Source of the DNA: Phoronis australis
Taxonomy: Eukaryota; Animalia; Phoronida
DNA: 64,000 bases
NCBI GenBank assembly: GCA_002633005.1
Contig: NMRA01000487.1
Span: forward strand, 1 to 64,000
Direction of reading: 5' to 3'
In this document: piece by piece, positions 24,901-39,300 of the stretch
Position numbering within the stretch: position 1 is the first letter of the stretch
How the letters are laid out: every line of letters starts with the position of its first letter
Notes under the pieces: model-generated
What the model saw: the letters and a program-made list of their open reading frames with translations, nothing else
What the model was told of the DNA's origin: nothing
Databases searched by the model: none
Position numbers and translations under genes: made by a program

Positions 24901-27103
24901 GAAACAGGGCGTGTATGTGAAAACGAATTCTTGGCAGGAACCAAAACATTGCACGAGGTCAAAGCACAAAGAGTTGGACAGATGGTCTTCTAGGATGCGC
25001 GTGTACACTTGTCTGTCTATCGTTGGCCAAAGGCGGCAAAGATACGATGAGTTCATTGTTGTGTGTATAATTACGCAAATAAATAGTTTAAGTTAAGTTA
25101 TTCGGACACGCAAAAGGCATAATTGGCTAACGTGAATTGGTATTTTTTGGTTGTTTTCATTGAAATCTAGACGCTCATTGCGGTCGAGATTTGGCAACTC
25201 GACAGGTTTGTGTACCTCGAAATCTGCCGCCATTGTTCAAAGACACCACGTTGTTGTACTTAATAACATCGCCTCCGGTCCTGATGTTATCGTTCACTAG
25301 ATAATTAGACTCATCATACGCACACTGGAGGCGACAATAGTATTTTTTAATTTTAAATTTTGTTTTGAAAGTTTTTAAATATTGCATATTTGAGTAGTTC
25401 GTGAAAAGTACACGTGATTAGGTTTTAGAATTTAAAAAATCGGACTAGAAATGTGACTTCACAACCTAAAGTGTTTGTATAATATTGCCATTTTATGTGC
25501 TTCATTAGTTCTGATGGATGTGCAACATAATTGGGCCAATTATCAAACCACCAGGCAGCAGTTGAATTTTGAGGTAAGCCAAGTGTCATCGTACAATTCT
25601 TGTCATGTGTGTATATTAATTGAAATATCAAAAACGGTGTTTTTCAGAGCGGTGAAGGGACGAATGAAGAAATGTGTCTGAACTTCCTTTCCTACTACCC
25701 GAAGTCAAAATTCAAGAAATGCCTCTCATTGACGCAAGATGTTACTCCTGTATACAACTATGTCATGGAAAAAGCAATGTGAGTCTCATTGTCCCCCCTT
25801 AGTTTATGTTGAAAATGTCTGAGTTTCCGAATGTAAACATCAACTATTTGAATCGTACGTTAGCTAGGATGAAAACAGCTTGGTGTTTTGTATATTTAAG
25901 TCGCTTTATGATTCCTCAACTACATTCCATTTAGGACTGGACAAATTCATATTGATCCTGACGACTACAAACGAAACAATAGAACCTTTTATCACTATTT
26001 GAACGACATCAACTGGACAGAGGAGGAAGTAGCCAAGTTCCAAAAGTTGACACTGGGGTCACATCGATATCGAGAATACTGTGACTATGGAGACGAGGAT
26101 GAAGACCAGCAAAAGAGAGCTTTTGGGGGATCGGTAAGAGTGTCTCCAACCTTCATTGCTTTGTTTAAACACTGGACATCTGAAAACAATTTTTCGCTAA
26201 ATTGCGAAATAAAGGTATTTTCAGCCAAAGTAACAAGGAAACAAATTAACTTTAATTTTAAGTTAGGACTTGTGTGCTTGATGTTCCGTTTACGCAACAA
26301 TAAAGCCAAAGACCTGTTCAAGAACAAGAAACGTTTACATTAAGACTTGCACCAGAACCAATTGTTGCAGCAACAACTTACGCACGACTTTAGTCCGTGT
26401 AAACGAGGTTTATTATCATTAATATACCTCTTCCAGCCTGAGCATAGTTTCAATTGAGAAATGTATCGTGGAAACGAGTTACGATTAAACTAAGAAACTG
26501 GTTTGGAGTAATGCAAAAATGTTACGCAAATGCATACTACGCAAATGCATCTGCGCCAAGGAACAGCTGATCTAGCACCATCGACACTTAGCAGTAACAA
26601 ACCTATCGCCAAAATCAAATCTATCGGATTTGACGACTGAAGACACGAAAAATTAACATTTGTCACAGTCTATGTTAACTTATAGTTATCGTGGGACACT
26701 TACTAAAAAGCGAGTCTTGTGATAACGAGAGATTGATTGTCAGTCGCAGTTTGCTATTGCGGCGTCAAATGTTGAGATTAATCAATTTCAAATTTTCGCC
26801 TAAAAATTTTTCGTCCAACAACCATATTGCAGCTTTGTAATAATTATCGGTAGTTCTCGATGACTTCGATGTCCTATGTCAAAAATGATATTAGAACGTT
26901 GTCTTTGACCATGTAATGCAGATATTCAAAACCATTCCGTCTCTTTCCAGATGAAAGCCCATCGCTATCGCCTAGTGATCGATGAACCCTACGTTAAACA
27001 AGACGTGTGCGATGATGGAAAATCTTTAGCGACAACCATGTCTTTACTAAAAGTAGAGACATTGCTGTTAGCTATTTTTGCGGTTCTAATGAACAAAAAT
27101 TAA
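18976..27103 (+). CDS. MOXD1: DBH-like monooxygenase protein 1 homolog (DOMON + copper type II ascorbate-dependent monooxygenase). Exons 18976-19278, 20034-20183, 21277-21459, 21617-21706, 22130-22406, 23092-23319, 24155-24339, 25648-25778, 25935-26133, 26951-27103
   Basis: Signal peptide; DOMON motifs (LYWKFD...GWVGLGFSPNGGMLGSD, RKRNTCDKQDF, MIYAW, YHG); CuH ligands VVHHVVL and LEMHYDNP; CuM ligands LHTHLLG and EEMC; DDHYDFNFQ; hydrophobic C-terminal tail. All junctions are GT-AG and in phase. Exact orthology among MOXD1 paralogs is uncertain. Confidence 0.93.
20206..20332 (-). mobile_element. Inverted, degenerate copy of the 13302/50633 MITE family in MOXD1 intron 2
   Basis: CCAGGGTAGAGCTCA...AATAACGCTAG...CGCGAGATAT..CCGTGTATTT...GATTTGGCTAGATTTT...GAACTCGACCTGGG is the reverse complement of the family core. 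Confidence 0.6.
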
Positions 27104-30100
27104 ATATTTACAACTAATGTAGTGAGATGCAGTAGCGTCAGACTGGAAATAACACAGTGTATCTGGTCGCTGGTTTCGCAACCCCAGATGAGGGATTCTG
27201 TGAATTGGACAGCAGGATTTAAACAGATCAAGTGATCTGTATTTCACAACAACAAATGGATATCACACGTCAACTAAGTAGGCTTTTGTTCTCAGTACCT
27301 CAATAACTTTTCTACACTTGCGACATGTGAAGTATGTTGATTTAAAAACAGATCACAAACTCGTTCATCCCAGCGTCGCCCGTGGCTTTTACTCCTTGAA
27401 AGGAAAACCTGTCAATGTCAAGTCTTAAACAACTCACGTACATATTTAACACGACAAACAAGTAATGATGTACTGAAAATTTTTCAAATTTAGTAATGAA
27501 GGCAGAGAGATTCGTGAAATTTGAAAATAATAAATCTAAACTCGAGTTCATATTGCATGTTTGAGACAGCTCAACTCAGTTTAGTTTTATCTCCCGTGTA
27601 GTCTAATCCCGTCGGACCGCTTCTGCACCATGTCGCAAGTGTAAAAAGTTATTAAGAGACTGGGTCGCGTTGGCGGCTGATACTGTAAACAAAATGAACA
27701 GACGATGACAGAGCACGAAAGCAGTTAAATACATGAAACCTAATAGGAGAACGAAGTATCGGTGGTCGCATGATATGGATCTTTGGAAAGCAATGTTCAT
27801 GCTCGGTCCAGGTATGACCTGATATTTGTAAAATATACTAACATGTAAGGTGAAAATATATTAAGCCTGTATGACAAATGTAATTGCTTTGTGTCTTGAT
27901 ATTTTATGGTATTTAATGTGGCATGTGAATTACTGTGGCATTGTAACAGGAGTTGTAGTTAACACATTGGTGACGGTCAGATTTTTTAGAACTTGTTTTC
28001 ATTCCTAAAGCATGTTTAGCTTTCTGAAAGAATTGCGAAAAGTTATAAAATTACCAGGTGAATTAACAGTATGCGACATGCCGAAGGATTTTATTGTTTA
28101 AAGTGCTGTTGAAATTTTTGCATTGTATAGTTGTGAAGTTTCAATTTGGCATTGAATCATTGTGTCCTGTTATTTTATAGCCGAAAGTGTATTTATGTGA
28201 AACTGAATAGGTAGTTTCTTGCTTCTTTGGCATTATTTTAAGTGTCTGTGAAGTCAGTGAACAGTTTGTGATATTTTCAGGTGTTGATATTACGAATTTT
28301 TTTTTTTATTTTCAATACAATAATTTCATAAGTTTGTGCTGCTGTTTCGCTTCCAACCCATCAGTTGCATAACTCTGTTTTAAACAAAATCCTGTTCACA
28401 TGTACCTAGCCTCTAGACCATGCGCAACTGTCATCTGCGTGTGGGACTTGTAACCACCTAAAACAGCACTAGCCACTTACAGCGGTCTCCCCATTTTGAG
28501 AACCGATTTCTTTTTCTCCATTCAATAGCGGGCATCAAACTGGTTCTCAAAATCCGGAAAACTACGAATGACTATTGCCCACAAACCATTGGACTTACCT
28601 TTTGCCAAAATCACAGACATGAAAGTGAAAGAAGATGTTATCTGATCGGTGTCCTTGTCTAAATCGTACCTTTATATTTCTGCCAAAAAAGGAATCATGG
28701 TCGGAAACTCCAGCGACGTCTATAGTTAATCACAAATCTGAAAGACATTGTGACCGCGAAGTTCTGTTTGGCGGGAAAATGAGAGGTACGATTTAGGTCG
28801 AAGTACATATTATAAGCCTCTCTTCTACCTTCGTGAAATACATAATCCGGTGCACCAGGTCAAAAACACAATATATATAATCAAAGTTGCCGGAATTTTT
28901 GCATTTTCACCACGTTTCCCATAAGTCTGGCAGATTTTCATCATAATAATTACCATAATCAATATTTTAGAAATGGACTCACGAACATTTTAAAAACTCG
29001 TGCACAAGTTTCTGTGTCCAGAAAGGGATCATTTGACGGCTGGTGAAATTCAGACTATTGTCACTGTTCTTGTTAATGTGCCGTATTTCTTGAAATGTCA
29101 ATTCGATTTATTGTAACAAGTAGAAGGAAATAAGTTTTACAACAATATCCATTTTATTTCAAATTTGTAGATCGCTCCCCAGCATTGTTGCACAAACAGA
29201 GCTTCCGGTCATACCGGTACATTGCAACAAGGACTACATCACGCGTGCCTTATTACAATAATACACTCACGAAATCATAAGAAGAATAAAATATGGCAAT
29301 TGTACGAGAGATTCTTGGCTAACAGTAATATTCATACACTGAGATAAAATAACATTAAGCATTTCATGGTGTTTCAAAAAGATGAACCTTACTAGAAATT
29401 GCCTATTTTGCAACGACAAACCATTGTCTCGGTGTTTTCCTCGCAACATCTGGAAGGTACAAAAAGCGTTCATGACATGGTAAAATTTTGAAATTCATTG
29501 TATCATTTTGCGTAGTTGTGACGTGTTGCCATGTGAAATATACTGCTTTCTAAATTTGGTTCATTTTTAAGCAATCTATATATTGAAGGCATACAATTAT
29601 ACGATTTGTGAAATATACAATAAAAGAAATCGTATTTACAAAAGCGTACGTTGAAAAATATTTCCAAATTCAATGTAACAAACAACCCACTTGCGCAGCC
29701 CTACAAACAAACAGAACAGAAAATATATTTGTCTGTGACATTGCCAAAGGAATGTTAAAAAAGTACTCGTTATCACGCGACCCACACGGCCCGTTTGGAC
29801 CGTCCATTCAATGAGCGTCTTGCGTGCAATGGCTACCAGGTAAACATCAAGCACGCGTTCCAAGACGGTTGTCGCGTGGTAACAGGAGCGTTGAATTCTA
29901 ATATCCAAACTATACATGTTTATGTACACAACTTATTTACAATATCACGCATAATTTACAGCTTAAAACGATGGGTCATAATTTAAAAGTTTTACAAATA
30001 GCACGGATAAATTTCCTCTCAGTGGGTCAAATATCCATTCAGCACCTTTTAAAGTCTTTATGCAAAGGAATAAAATAACACGTAAAAACTTGAGTCGGTG

Positions 30101-30320
30101 AAATTTACAAGAGCATCTAACTGCAACACATAAGTATTTGATTTCACCGTATGTAAATTCAAACACAGAAGCTATACGTTGCACAATATGTTACGAAGCC
30201 AAAAGCTCTTAGCAGCTTAAAAATATATAACAGTTGCTCCCGGCATTTTATAGAAAAACTTTTAACTTTTCTGGTTATATATCATGGAATTTCTAAAGTT
30301 ACAAAATAACTATAATCAAG

Positions 30321-33300
30321 TCACAACCACACAGTCCATCGATGGCATAATAAAGTTAACAAAACTAGGAACGCATTAATACACGATGGCCGAATTCCGG
30401 TCGCACCACCGATGATGTCTCCTTCCGACCCAGGCACATACAGCCAGTCATTAATAATGTGCAGTGCACCATTCATACATCCAATGTCTCCTTTTATCAC
30501 CGCAGCTGTGTAAATTATCGAATGAGCCGAATACTTTATCCTATACTGGTACCCTCCTTGGTTTTGAAGAACTAACTTATTCGTGTTGTTCGCCATCAAC
30601 TGTATCTCAGCACCGTCTCCAATTTCATCGAAAAAGAAAACGGTTTGGTTGAGGAAATGCCGCCTCATTACCTGGAAATGAAAGGCAATGTTTTACACTG
30701 TTTTGACGACAGATAGGATCTAACAGTTGTCATCGTGCCAGTTATCATTCCAAATGAAAAGCGCCTGCCAGTGTTAAAAAATAACCATACAATCATGCAC
30801 TTGTTTACGTTGCGCGGCTAAAAATGAATCGAAAGTGACTTAAGGCGTTTGACGGAACAAGTTTCAAGATTGAAAACAAAAGCTAAACGAAGCTATATTT
30901 TCCGTACCAGCAGGCATCTGTTAATTAGTCATTTACTTCGTAAGCCAACGTTACTATGTATCATTTTACTGATATCTATTCAGAGTTATCTCCACAAGGT
31001 TACCACACGCCAGTATTTACCGGCAAAAAACAATAAATTATCAGGTATCAAAAACAAGTGACCATTTATGCTTTTGATAACTGGGCTTCATTTCTGCTGC
31101 TTCCCTTTCGTTTTAATTTGTTCTTTAATAAAGATTTTGTAGGGGATTTCCTGGGCCACGGTTTCCCATGCAGGAAGCTGCCGCAGCGATTCGCCACTCG
31201 CCTACGGCAACCAGATATTCGGGGAGAGGAAGTATCACATTAAAATTTAAAATATAGAAAGATACTGTACCCTTTACTTAAGTAAAAATGTCGATTTGTA
31301 AACTTAACCATAACGCAACAACAAATTTCCTAAGTTGTTCAAAGGGTTCTCCATTAAGGAACGTCCTTCGACTGTAGTAAACTATTTTAATGTTCTTTGT
31401 TGCATGGGACCTTAGTGACACTTTCCCAACATCTCTTAATGGCACATTCACGACTGATGTTAACCCTATGTTTCAAAATCCTTCAATCTCGATTAAGAGC
31501 GTATCTTTGCTGAAGTTTTCTTGAGCTAACGAAATCTCGTCGGTTTCCACGACTTGTATTTATTTGGCAGTTCTTAGCCGACTCGCGGTCGAGCCGGTCT
31601 CGCCACCTGGTGACTGATCTATTCGTTAACATAAAAAATCCCGGAAATTAATTGACGAGATGTAGTGCCTCCTGCCTCCTCTGACTTCCCACAACCTTAA
31701 CATCCTATCGCCATCTACTTACATATTTCAGAGCCCACGGTGTGCGAAATAACTCGGGATCAGCTCTTCTAATTTTCCACAACACTTCATTCGTCGGAGC
31801 AAACAGTGTGAATTTTTGATCAGTGACTCCTAGAAGTGTCCACATGTTCACCTGGTGCAGGTAAACTTGAAAGTCCCTGAAATCAACACACGATTGTTTA
31901 CAGCTAAGTCCAGTGACGCTATTAAAGATATTTTAGCACCTGGATACACGCAGCGTAAAATTAGGGATTGTCGAGAGTGCATTTCACGTGAAGCTCCAGT
32001 GCAGTAGTGGTAAAATTAGAGGTAGGCCTAAGTAGGTGTTCAAAGCCCACCGTATCACCTTGGGCACTGAACATAACTTACGGTGCGTAGGCGCTACGTT
32101 CAAATGCCAAAAGGTGGTTGGCTGCGCCTACGTGCGCCTACGCTCCACTGCAGCACAGTGAAGCTCATCTAATACTCTCAACAACATTAATTGTCCACTT
32201 ATTCAATGTCTTTAGTTTTGGTAATACTTGGATATTCATAGATCCGAACTTCTCCTTTTGAAACTAAAACACTGTTGGAAAACATAACACATGTTAGAAT
32301 CAATCGTTTCCTTACGTAAGATTTGGTTGTTTCAAAATGGCTTCTTGTATCGTCAGGTAGGGAGCGCCCAATACGCGGTCAATGTAATGGATAACTCCAG
32401 TAGTTACCCCGACATCCATCCGTAGTATTTTTGCTACGGTGTGCCCCCCTTCGACATAGGTATCTGAAACGACAACTCATTGTCATGCACCGGTAACAAA
32501 AAAGAACACAATTCACTTCCATGGGACTGCACCATAGAAAGCCTAATAAAAAAACTTTGGAATGGTTGACGTGAGAACTTCGCCGACAATCAAGATGCAC
32601 TGTCGTCCGTTTCACTTTAGTTTAAAAATCATAAGTAACGCAAACCAATTTTGTCATTCCCAAATAATTTCTGATGGAGCACTACACAATATGACCATCA
32701 CATTTGCATAATATTGAACACCGTGTTTTATGAAGTTACACGGAGGAATTTATATACAAATTATTATTATTTAGAGATAGACGTCTTTATAGATGGGACC
32801 AATTCTGTGTTGCAAACTGGCAAAAATAAAAAAGTATAATTAAAGTTTTAAGCACAAACAGGTCACGTGTTGGGATACATTGCACAAAAGATACGTCAAG
32901 ATGTATCCCGGTATGCTTTTGTCATTGATTTACACACCGTTTTCATCTCTGTAGAAACGCAGCATCATTTTTTTGCCGTCCGGTTTATTCGGATCTTGGG
33001 GGGCCCGTGATTCCTTCGCGAAGGCCACTTCGCCTCCAATCGGAATGTTTCTTACGACTACCATTTCGTTGGGAATGACGTGTAAGTTGAGTACCTGCAA
33101 TTGATAAAATGTCAAAGTCGCGTGTATTGAAAGTGTGAATAATATTTGGCGAAAAAGTGCATACAGAAATAAAGATCTTGGAAGACTTAGAAGTTAGAAA
33201 ACACAGGTTTCCAAGATTTCGGATGTCAAAAACTTCTTCATAAGCAAGTTCAGAAGTGACATCCCAAATATCGCCTTCGTTACCAACTTTCAGTCAGAGG

Positions 33301-36300
33301 ACTTCGTAAGATTTTGATATAAAACCATTATTTCTGATTCGAAAACAGTTTAAATGCATTTTGTTTGAATTAGTTGTGAGTTACATTTTGTATGTGAATT
33401 ATTTGGAAGAAAGGACAACTCGTTATTGCTTAAAAAGACGGATATTTAGGTCTTGAATGGCAACTTAAAACAACGCATGAATCCTGAAATAAACTGATGA
33501 AACTAATAGACAAAACAACGTCTCGGGTCTCACCTTTTTCAAGAACGGTTGATCTGTGCGCAATCTGTCCAAAGTTTCCTGTTTCAGCAGCCCATATGCG
33601 TTATTTACAGGTGCGACAACAGTGACCTGGGGACCGTTCTCTTGGTTAAGGTAATTTAGTAGTTCCTCGTCAGTTTCTTGTTTGAGTGACGCCAGGTAAT
33701 CACTAAGAATGCAACATGTTTTAGCTGTTGAAAACGACCAAAACGCTAGTTTACGATCAACCCGCGGTTTGCCTTTTCAAGCAGCATTTTTCTCTACGTG
33801 AACTTTTAAATTGTTGTTCTCAAAATGGTCACGGGATACCCCACCCATGAGGCGATGAAAGCAGAGTACAACCATTAAAAAGTATCAGAATTTCATAGGT
33901 AACCATCTCGTTTGTGAATTTTAGCTACCGGATATCTTCGTTTTGTTCCGTCACTTGACTAACGGCTTCTCTCGAAAGACACCCTGTAGAGGCTTATATA
34001 ATATTTCAGAAATTCACGCTGGTAGTTTTCACTGCTGTGTTACCAACTAAATATTTTCGTGGACGCATATGAAGCACCAAATGCTTCTCAAAAGAGTACC
34101 TTTTCTGAGTGTTAAATGTGCTTTATTGACGCGTACCTTCAAACAGTAGTGTACTGAAATAAAGTACGCGCTCTGAGTAATTTCCCATCAAAGACTGCAC
34201 ACGGCTCTCAAAATTCAAACACACACTGTCTAAAAAAGCAGACACAGCCACCGAAGTAGATAACACCCATTGAAATACACCAAGAATGCGCTATACTGTA
34301 CCTGAGGTCTCCATCCCTAGCAATCTGTTCTTGCGCGTTACTATGAACAAAATTGACCAGTTTGTCGATGATGTGTACAATTCCCGAATTGGTCATTATG
34401 TTCGCCTCCAGTATTTTCGCGGACACCATTCCACACATGATGTAGCCTAAAATCAGGGGAAATGTATAGAATTGAGTTACTGGCCACGAGAAGCGTTCAA
34501 CAACGGTGCACAAGGCGGGGGTAATTTATTTCTCAGAAACTGAATATAACAAAACTTGAATTTTGTGGTCAAGCTTACCAGAACAAATTAACATGTTTAT
34601 GATAAAATCCTGTCTGAGCGTTTACGTAGAAAATCACATATTACAATTACAAACGCAGAACTTACGATCATCTCCGCGTTTCGCAAGAGTACATTTACAG
34701 TCAGGGTCCAGAGTCTGCGCAGCATTCTGTGTCTTGACACCGTCAAATCGTGGCACGTCCACTTCTATATTCGACACGTACTCTAACCTATCCAGGGGCC
34801 AGATTTCTTTATCCATTATGTGTCCACGAATCACCTAAGGAAGCAAATCTATGAGTGCTGACATAGTATTCTTCATGAAATAAAAAACCACTAAATGACG
34901 TTTATTATGCTAAGTCACACCACCATGATATGTCCAGGAAGGATGAGCTCCGGTACACACGTAAAAGTCGCGTGGCAAAACCTCACTACTTTGGAGGAAA
35001 ACAGACCACCACGGCGGCGGAGATTAAGGCTAAAATAAATGAATTTGACAAGTAAAGATTATTTATGTTTGACATATGTCCTGGGAGATGCATGTGTTCA
35101 CCTTTTGCAGCTTTGGCTTGTCCTTTACTAACTCATTTCTAACTGTGGTGTCAAGGCCGCCACCTGTTGACAACGCCATGTTGTTTGGAATCAGCAGAGT
35201 TCCCCACATCTGGTTGAACTGGGCGTCCATGTCCCCGGCCACTATCAAGTCGTAAAAGCTTCTGTCGGTAAAATATAACATGAATTATTTACATCGTGCG
35301 CCTCCAGTGTGCGCAAAGATTTTATACTATCTTGTGCGTGCGGACGGAAGCAATCCATTACTATGCACATGACAGATTTCTCTGTTCTAATAGACCAAAA
35401 AGGATTGTTGGTTCTGGTCTCTCTTTATTTGAAAATCGAGTCGTTGGTGCGGTATTTTTTCGGTGCTCATTTTTTCAGAAATAAATATTAATCCGCCAAG
35501 ACCAGCAAAAATGATGAGGATTTGGCTTATTTTGCTACTCACCGCTTGACAAAATGCCTTTGTGAAGACCATTGGTTGAAATAGGTGTGGACGCGTGGTG
35601 TTTTTAGTGAGCCCAGGTCGGGGTACAGACCAGAAACAAACAAACTTTCTTGACCTTACACCCTCTCAAATTCTGAGTTTGTCATTAATTGTATATAAAA
35701 GGAGCCCAAAACAAGCGCTTTTCAGAAATTAGTATATTCCTAACACTTTTATGTCCACGCAAGCTCACTAACATTTTAATTTTCATGCTCAGTAATAGCT
35801 CCATAACATGACTTTATTGGATTTGTTTCGTAGAAGATAGCCCAGGTCAAACGCCCGTGCAATCTCGCATATATTTTAAAGCATTTGCCTAACTTTCCAT
35901 GTGAATGAAAGGAAATTCAAACCTGATGAATTCCATCCAACTTATAGAATTTCGAATGACTTACTTGGCAATGTTGAAGTTACTTCGAATATACGCCCAG
36001 GTGTTATCCTTCGTACCCACTGGATAGAGCACTTTGTTGATGTAATACACCCGTCCATTATTCGCGTCAGATTGAGCGGTCACGCGAGCGCCATTTACCG
36101 CTTTTCGGTCCTGCAACATCACCAAATGTTGTACGAAGACAGTATATATCTTTTCGTAAACCATGAATATGCAACCCCAACCACATGAATATCACGAGAA
36201 TTAAATGACTTTATTGGCTTTAGAGGCGCTTGCTCTTCTTTGGGAACAAAAGAAAAATTATTGCGTTGTCTATTTCCAAAGTATTGGAAATCTGGGTCTA

Positions 36301-39300
36301 ATCACTGAACACGCCAAAACGGTTGTTTTTTTTAAACTGGTTTGTGTCAGCCTATAATCATCCTAACCTAACAGTAAGTGCTCCTGTCATCAAATCGCTG
36401 ATGCTACCCATCGTTCTAAGCAAATGCTATCGAATCTTCTATGAAGTCAATTAAGCAAAAGTTTCAGGCCCTCAATAACAGAGGGGTCCAAACTTGTCGA
36501 AATATGTTTTTCATGAGAAACGTTCCAAACCTTCAGGATCCAGAAATGAGTGGTGGCGAACTGAATGGGGACCGGGAATTGGAAACTTGTTTTGGTTCCC
36601 GATTTTTCCAACTGCCTTTGAACCAAGAAATTTAGATCGGCTACTGATGAAATTCGCCCTTTGCCCGTGTGTCATTTTGTGAACCTCAGTTGGACGGGAC
36701 CGTGAATCAGTTTGGACAGGTAAAACTAAGTGGCACTCGCAATGCTGGCGCCGAAATTGTCAGCTCGCCATCCATTAAATGTTCAACGAAGTCCACTATG
36801 GTAATGTGTTTCAGTTGCTACACGATAATATACGTCCGGTCATGAGCTTCTATAGTGCATTATATAATATCTTATTAGGTCCATGATCCGATGCACAGGG
36901 AGTTACACTGCATTTAATGTTTCACGTTCAAGCTCATTAGAATTCAACTGACCACTAGGTGACTTACTTTATAGGACGGGTGAACGAAAGATTAAACCAA
37001 GTCTCTATGAAATCCGGCTGTAAGTAGTGCCGAGTGTGGTTCCTTTAACTGTCTATTGCAACCTGTGTCGCGATTGATTACACAGATATCGACTTATGTC
37101 GAGTGTGTCATGAGCGTGTAGTCCTCACTCGTCCATCTAAAATCTCAAAATATGACAAACGCGTATGACTGAGGTGCCATATTTTGAACCTACCCCGTAA
37201 ACGCTGAACCAAAGTCGAGGTTGGTTGATAGCGTGAGACGGAGACCACTGGTTATTACGCAGTTCCAGACGTCTATTTGGTTCAACATGGAAAACTGCAA
37301 TGAAATTGAAAAGTAGATGCTTTCATATATTTCCAGCATTTAAAGTTTCAAAGATGTTAGAAAAGGGATTTTGTAACTGGGTCTCTGATAAACCTTGAAC
37401 TATCGAAAATAATTGTTCGAAATCAAATAAGTTGCCTTCAAAGTGTATTTCAAATCATGGTTATTACAGCTATCATTATATTATTATATTTGTATTTTCG
37501 TGAGCGTGCAGGTGCAGTGGTTTTCCACTTTATGTGTTGCATGTTTTCCGTGGCACGAGGACGAAAATACATACATACAACCAATTGACTTCTCAGCTCG
37601 CGGTTATGTGCATTTGGGTATAATCTCGCAATAGGATACTGTGATGCCTTGGTAGAGATTTCCTGTGTTGTGTTTAAACTGCCAACATGGTGCTGATTAA
37701 GAGACCGTTCAGAATTATCATCATTATCCCGACCCCAATCCCATGGACGTGTACAAAAAATGATGACAATTATGTTGAAATAATTCTGTTTCGTTTCATC
37801 TGGTCTAAGAAATTTCAATGTTGTATATATTTTGCAACAAAAATGAGCATGTTCCCGAGAATAAAAGAGGAACAATAAAATATCTTGCGTTCTGACAAAT
37901 CCATCTTAGAGAGAAAGAATAGAGCGAATAGAAATGAAACGTGTAGGACGGCCAACACAACCACAAACGGCGGTCAGCGGGATCACTGGCGAGAATTCCC
38001 AAACAACGTACATGTACATGTAGACCTACATCGACCAGATCGAACGCGGTATCTTGAAAAACGGTTGGTTTTATGTAATGGTCATAAATAATCGTTAAAA
38101 GATATAAAAAGTCCACATCTTCGGATCTGAAAAAGTGCATGCGTAGTTCATTTTGTCCTTGTTAGCTGCTCTCATGAACACACTTGCTCGAACCAGATGA
38201 CAATTTGGAGTTGTAGTTTCACAGCAGAAGAAAGGCGGGACAACTGGTGCGCATCTCGCGACACGTTTAAGTTGCATCTTGACAATATTTCAAATAGTTG
38301 TTTTGAAATAACACGTTTATTGATTGATTAATCCTTATTAAATGAGGGGATCATACTAGAACAACATAAGATTCACCAACAAGTTAATGTTTCAACTGTA
38401 ACGGCTTTTTACCTACCCATATGATACGACATAAGTTCTAGCCTTTTGTTATACGGCATTGTGTCGATGTTTCCCTTCAGGTCTTCAAAGGCATCGTCGA
38501 CGGGAGCAAACACGGTATACCAATGGTCATCTTTACCCAAGTCGTCGAGAATCTGTACGTTTTTGAGATATGCCTTGAACTGCACAAAAAGACAGGCGAG
38601 TAAAGGTAATGAAATTCTGATTTAAGAAAGGCGTGTGATCGTACTGAAAACGCGTCCTGGGCCATAAAAATAGATTGTTCAGGGCACTGGCGTAGCCACA
38701 AGGACACAACAGAATCCATGATCTCTTGTTCATTGCAAAAAGTCCTCCCTCGGTAAAACTTCATTTGATTTTTTCGTCTGGTCTGCTTTAAAAATGAACA
38801 TTTTGAAAAGGTATTTAGTTTTTAGGGAATTTACAGGCACGGAATTTTTAAATCACGGATCAAGATTTATGTTTATTTAAATGAACATTTGGCATCTTGC
38901 CCAATGCCTAAGTTGAGCCAGTCTAACCGAATCGAACTTGAAAACTTCATCACTTTGGAGGAAATTCATGCAACTCTGACAGATTTAAAAACAACAAAAA
39001 TCCTGGCCCAGATGGCTTTACTGTAGAGTTTTTAATTTTTTTGGCCAGACCTTAAATATTATTTGTTCCGATCTTTTGAAGAAGGTATTATTAAAGGAGA
39101 ATTATCTACAACGCAAAAACAGGGTATTATCTCAATAGTACAAAAAGAAAATAAACCAAGAGAATTCATTAAAAATTGGCGTCCAATTTCACTATTGAAT
39201 ATTCCTTACAAAATTTTGTCTGGCTGTATTGCAAGACGCCTAAAAAGTGTCCTCGGACCCCTTATTCACGAGAATCAACAAGGTTTCATGAAAGGCAGAT

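Noticed and set aside
36968-37136. AG...GTAAGT-bounded segment in a fasciclin intron resembling an exon
   Set aside because: Stops in all three frames; the neighbouring exons join in phase without it.
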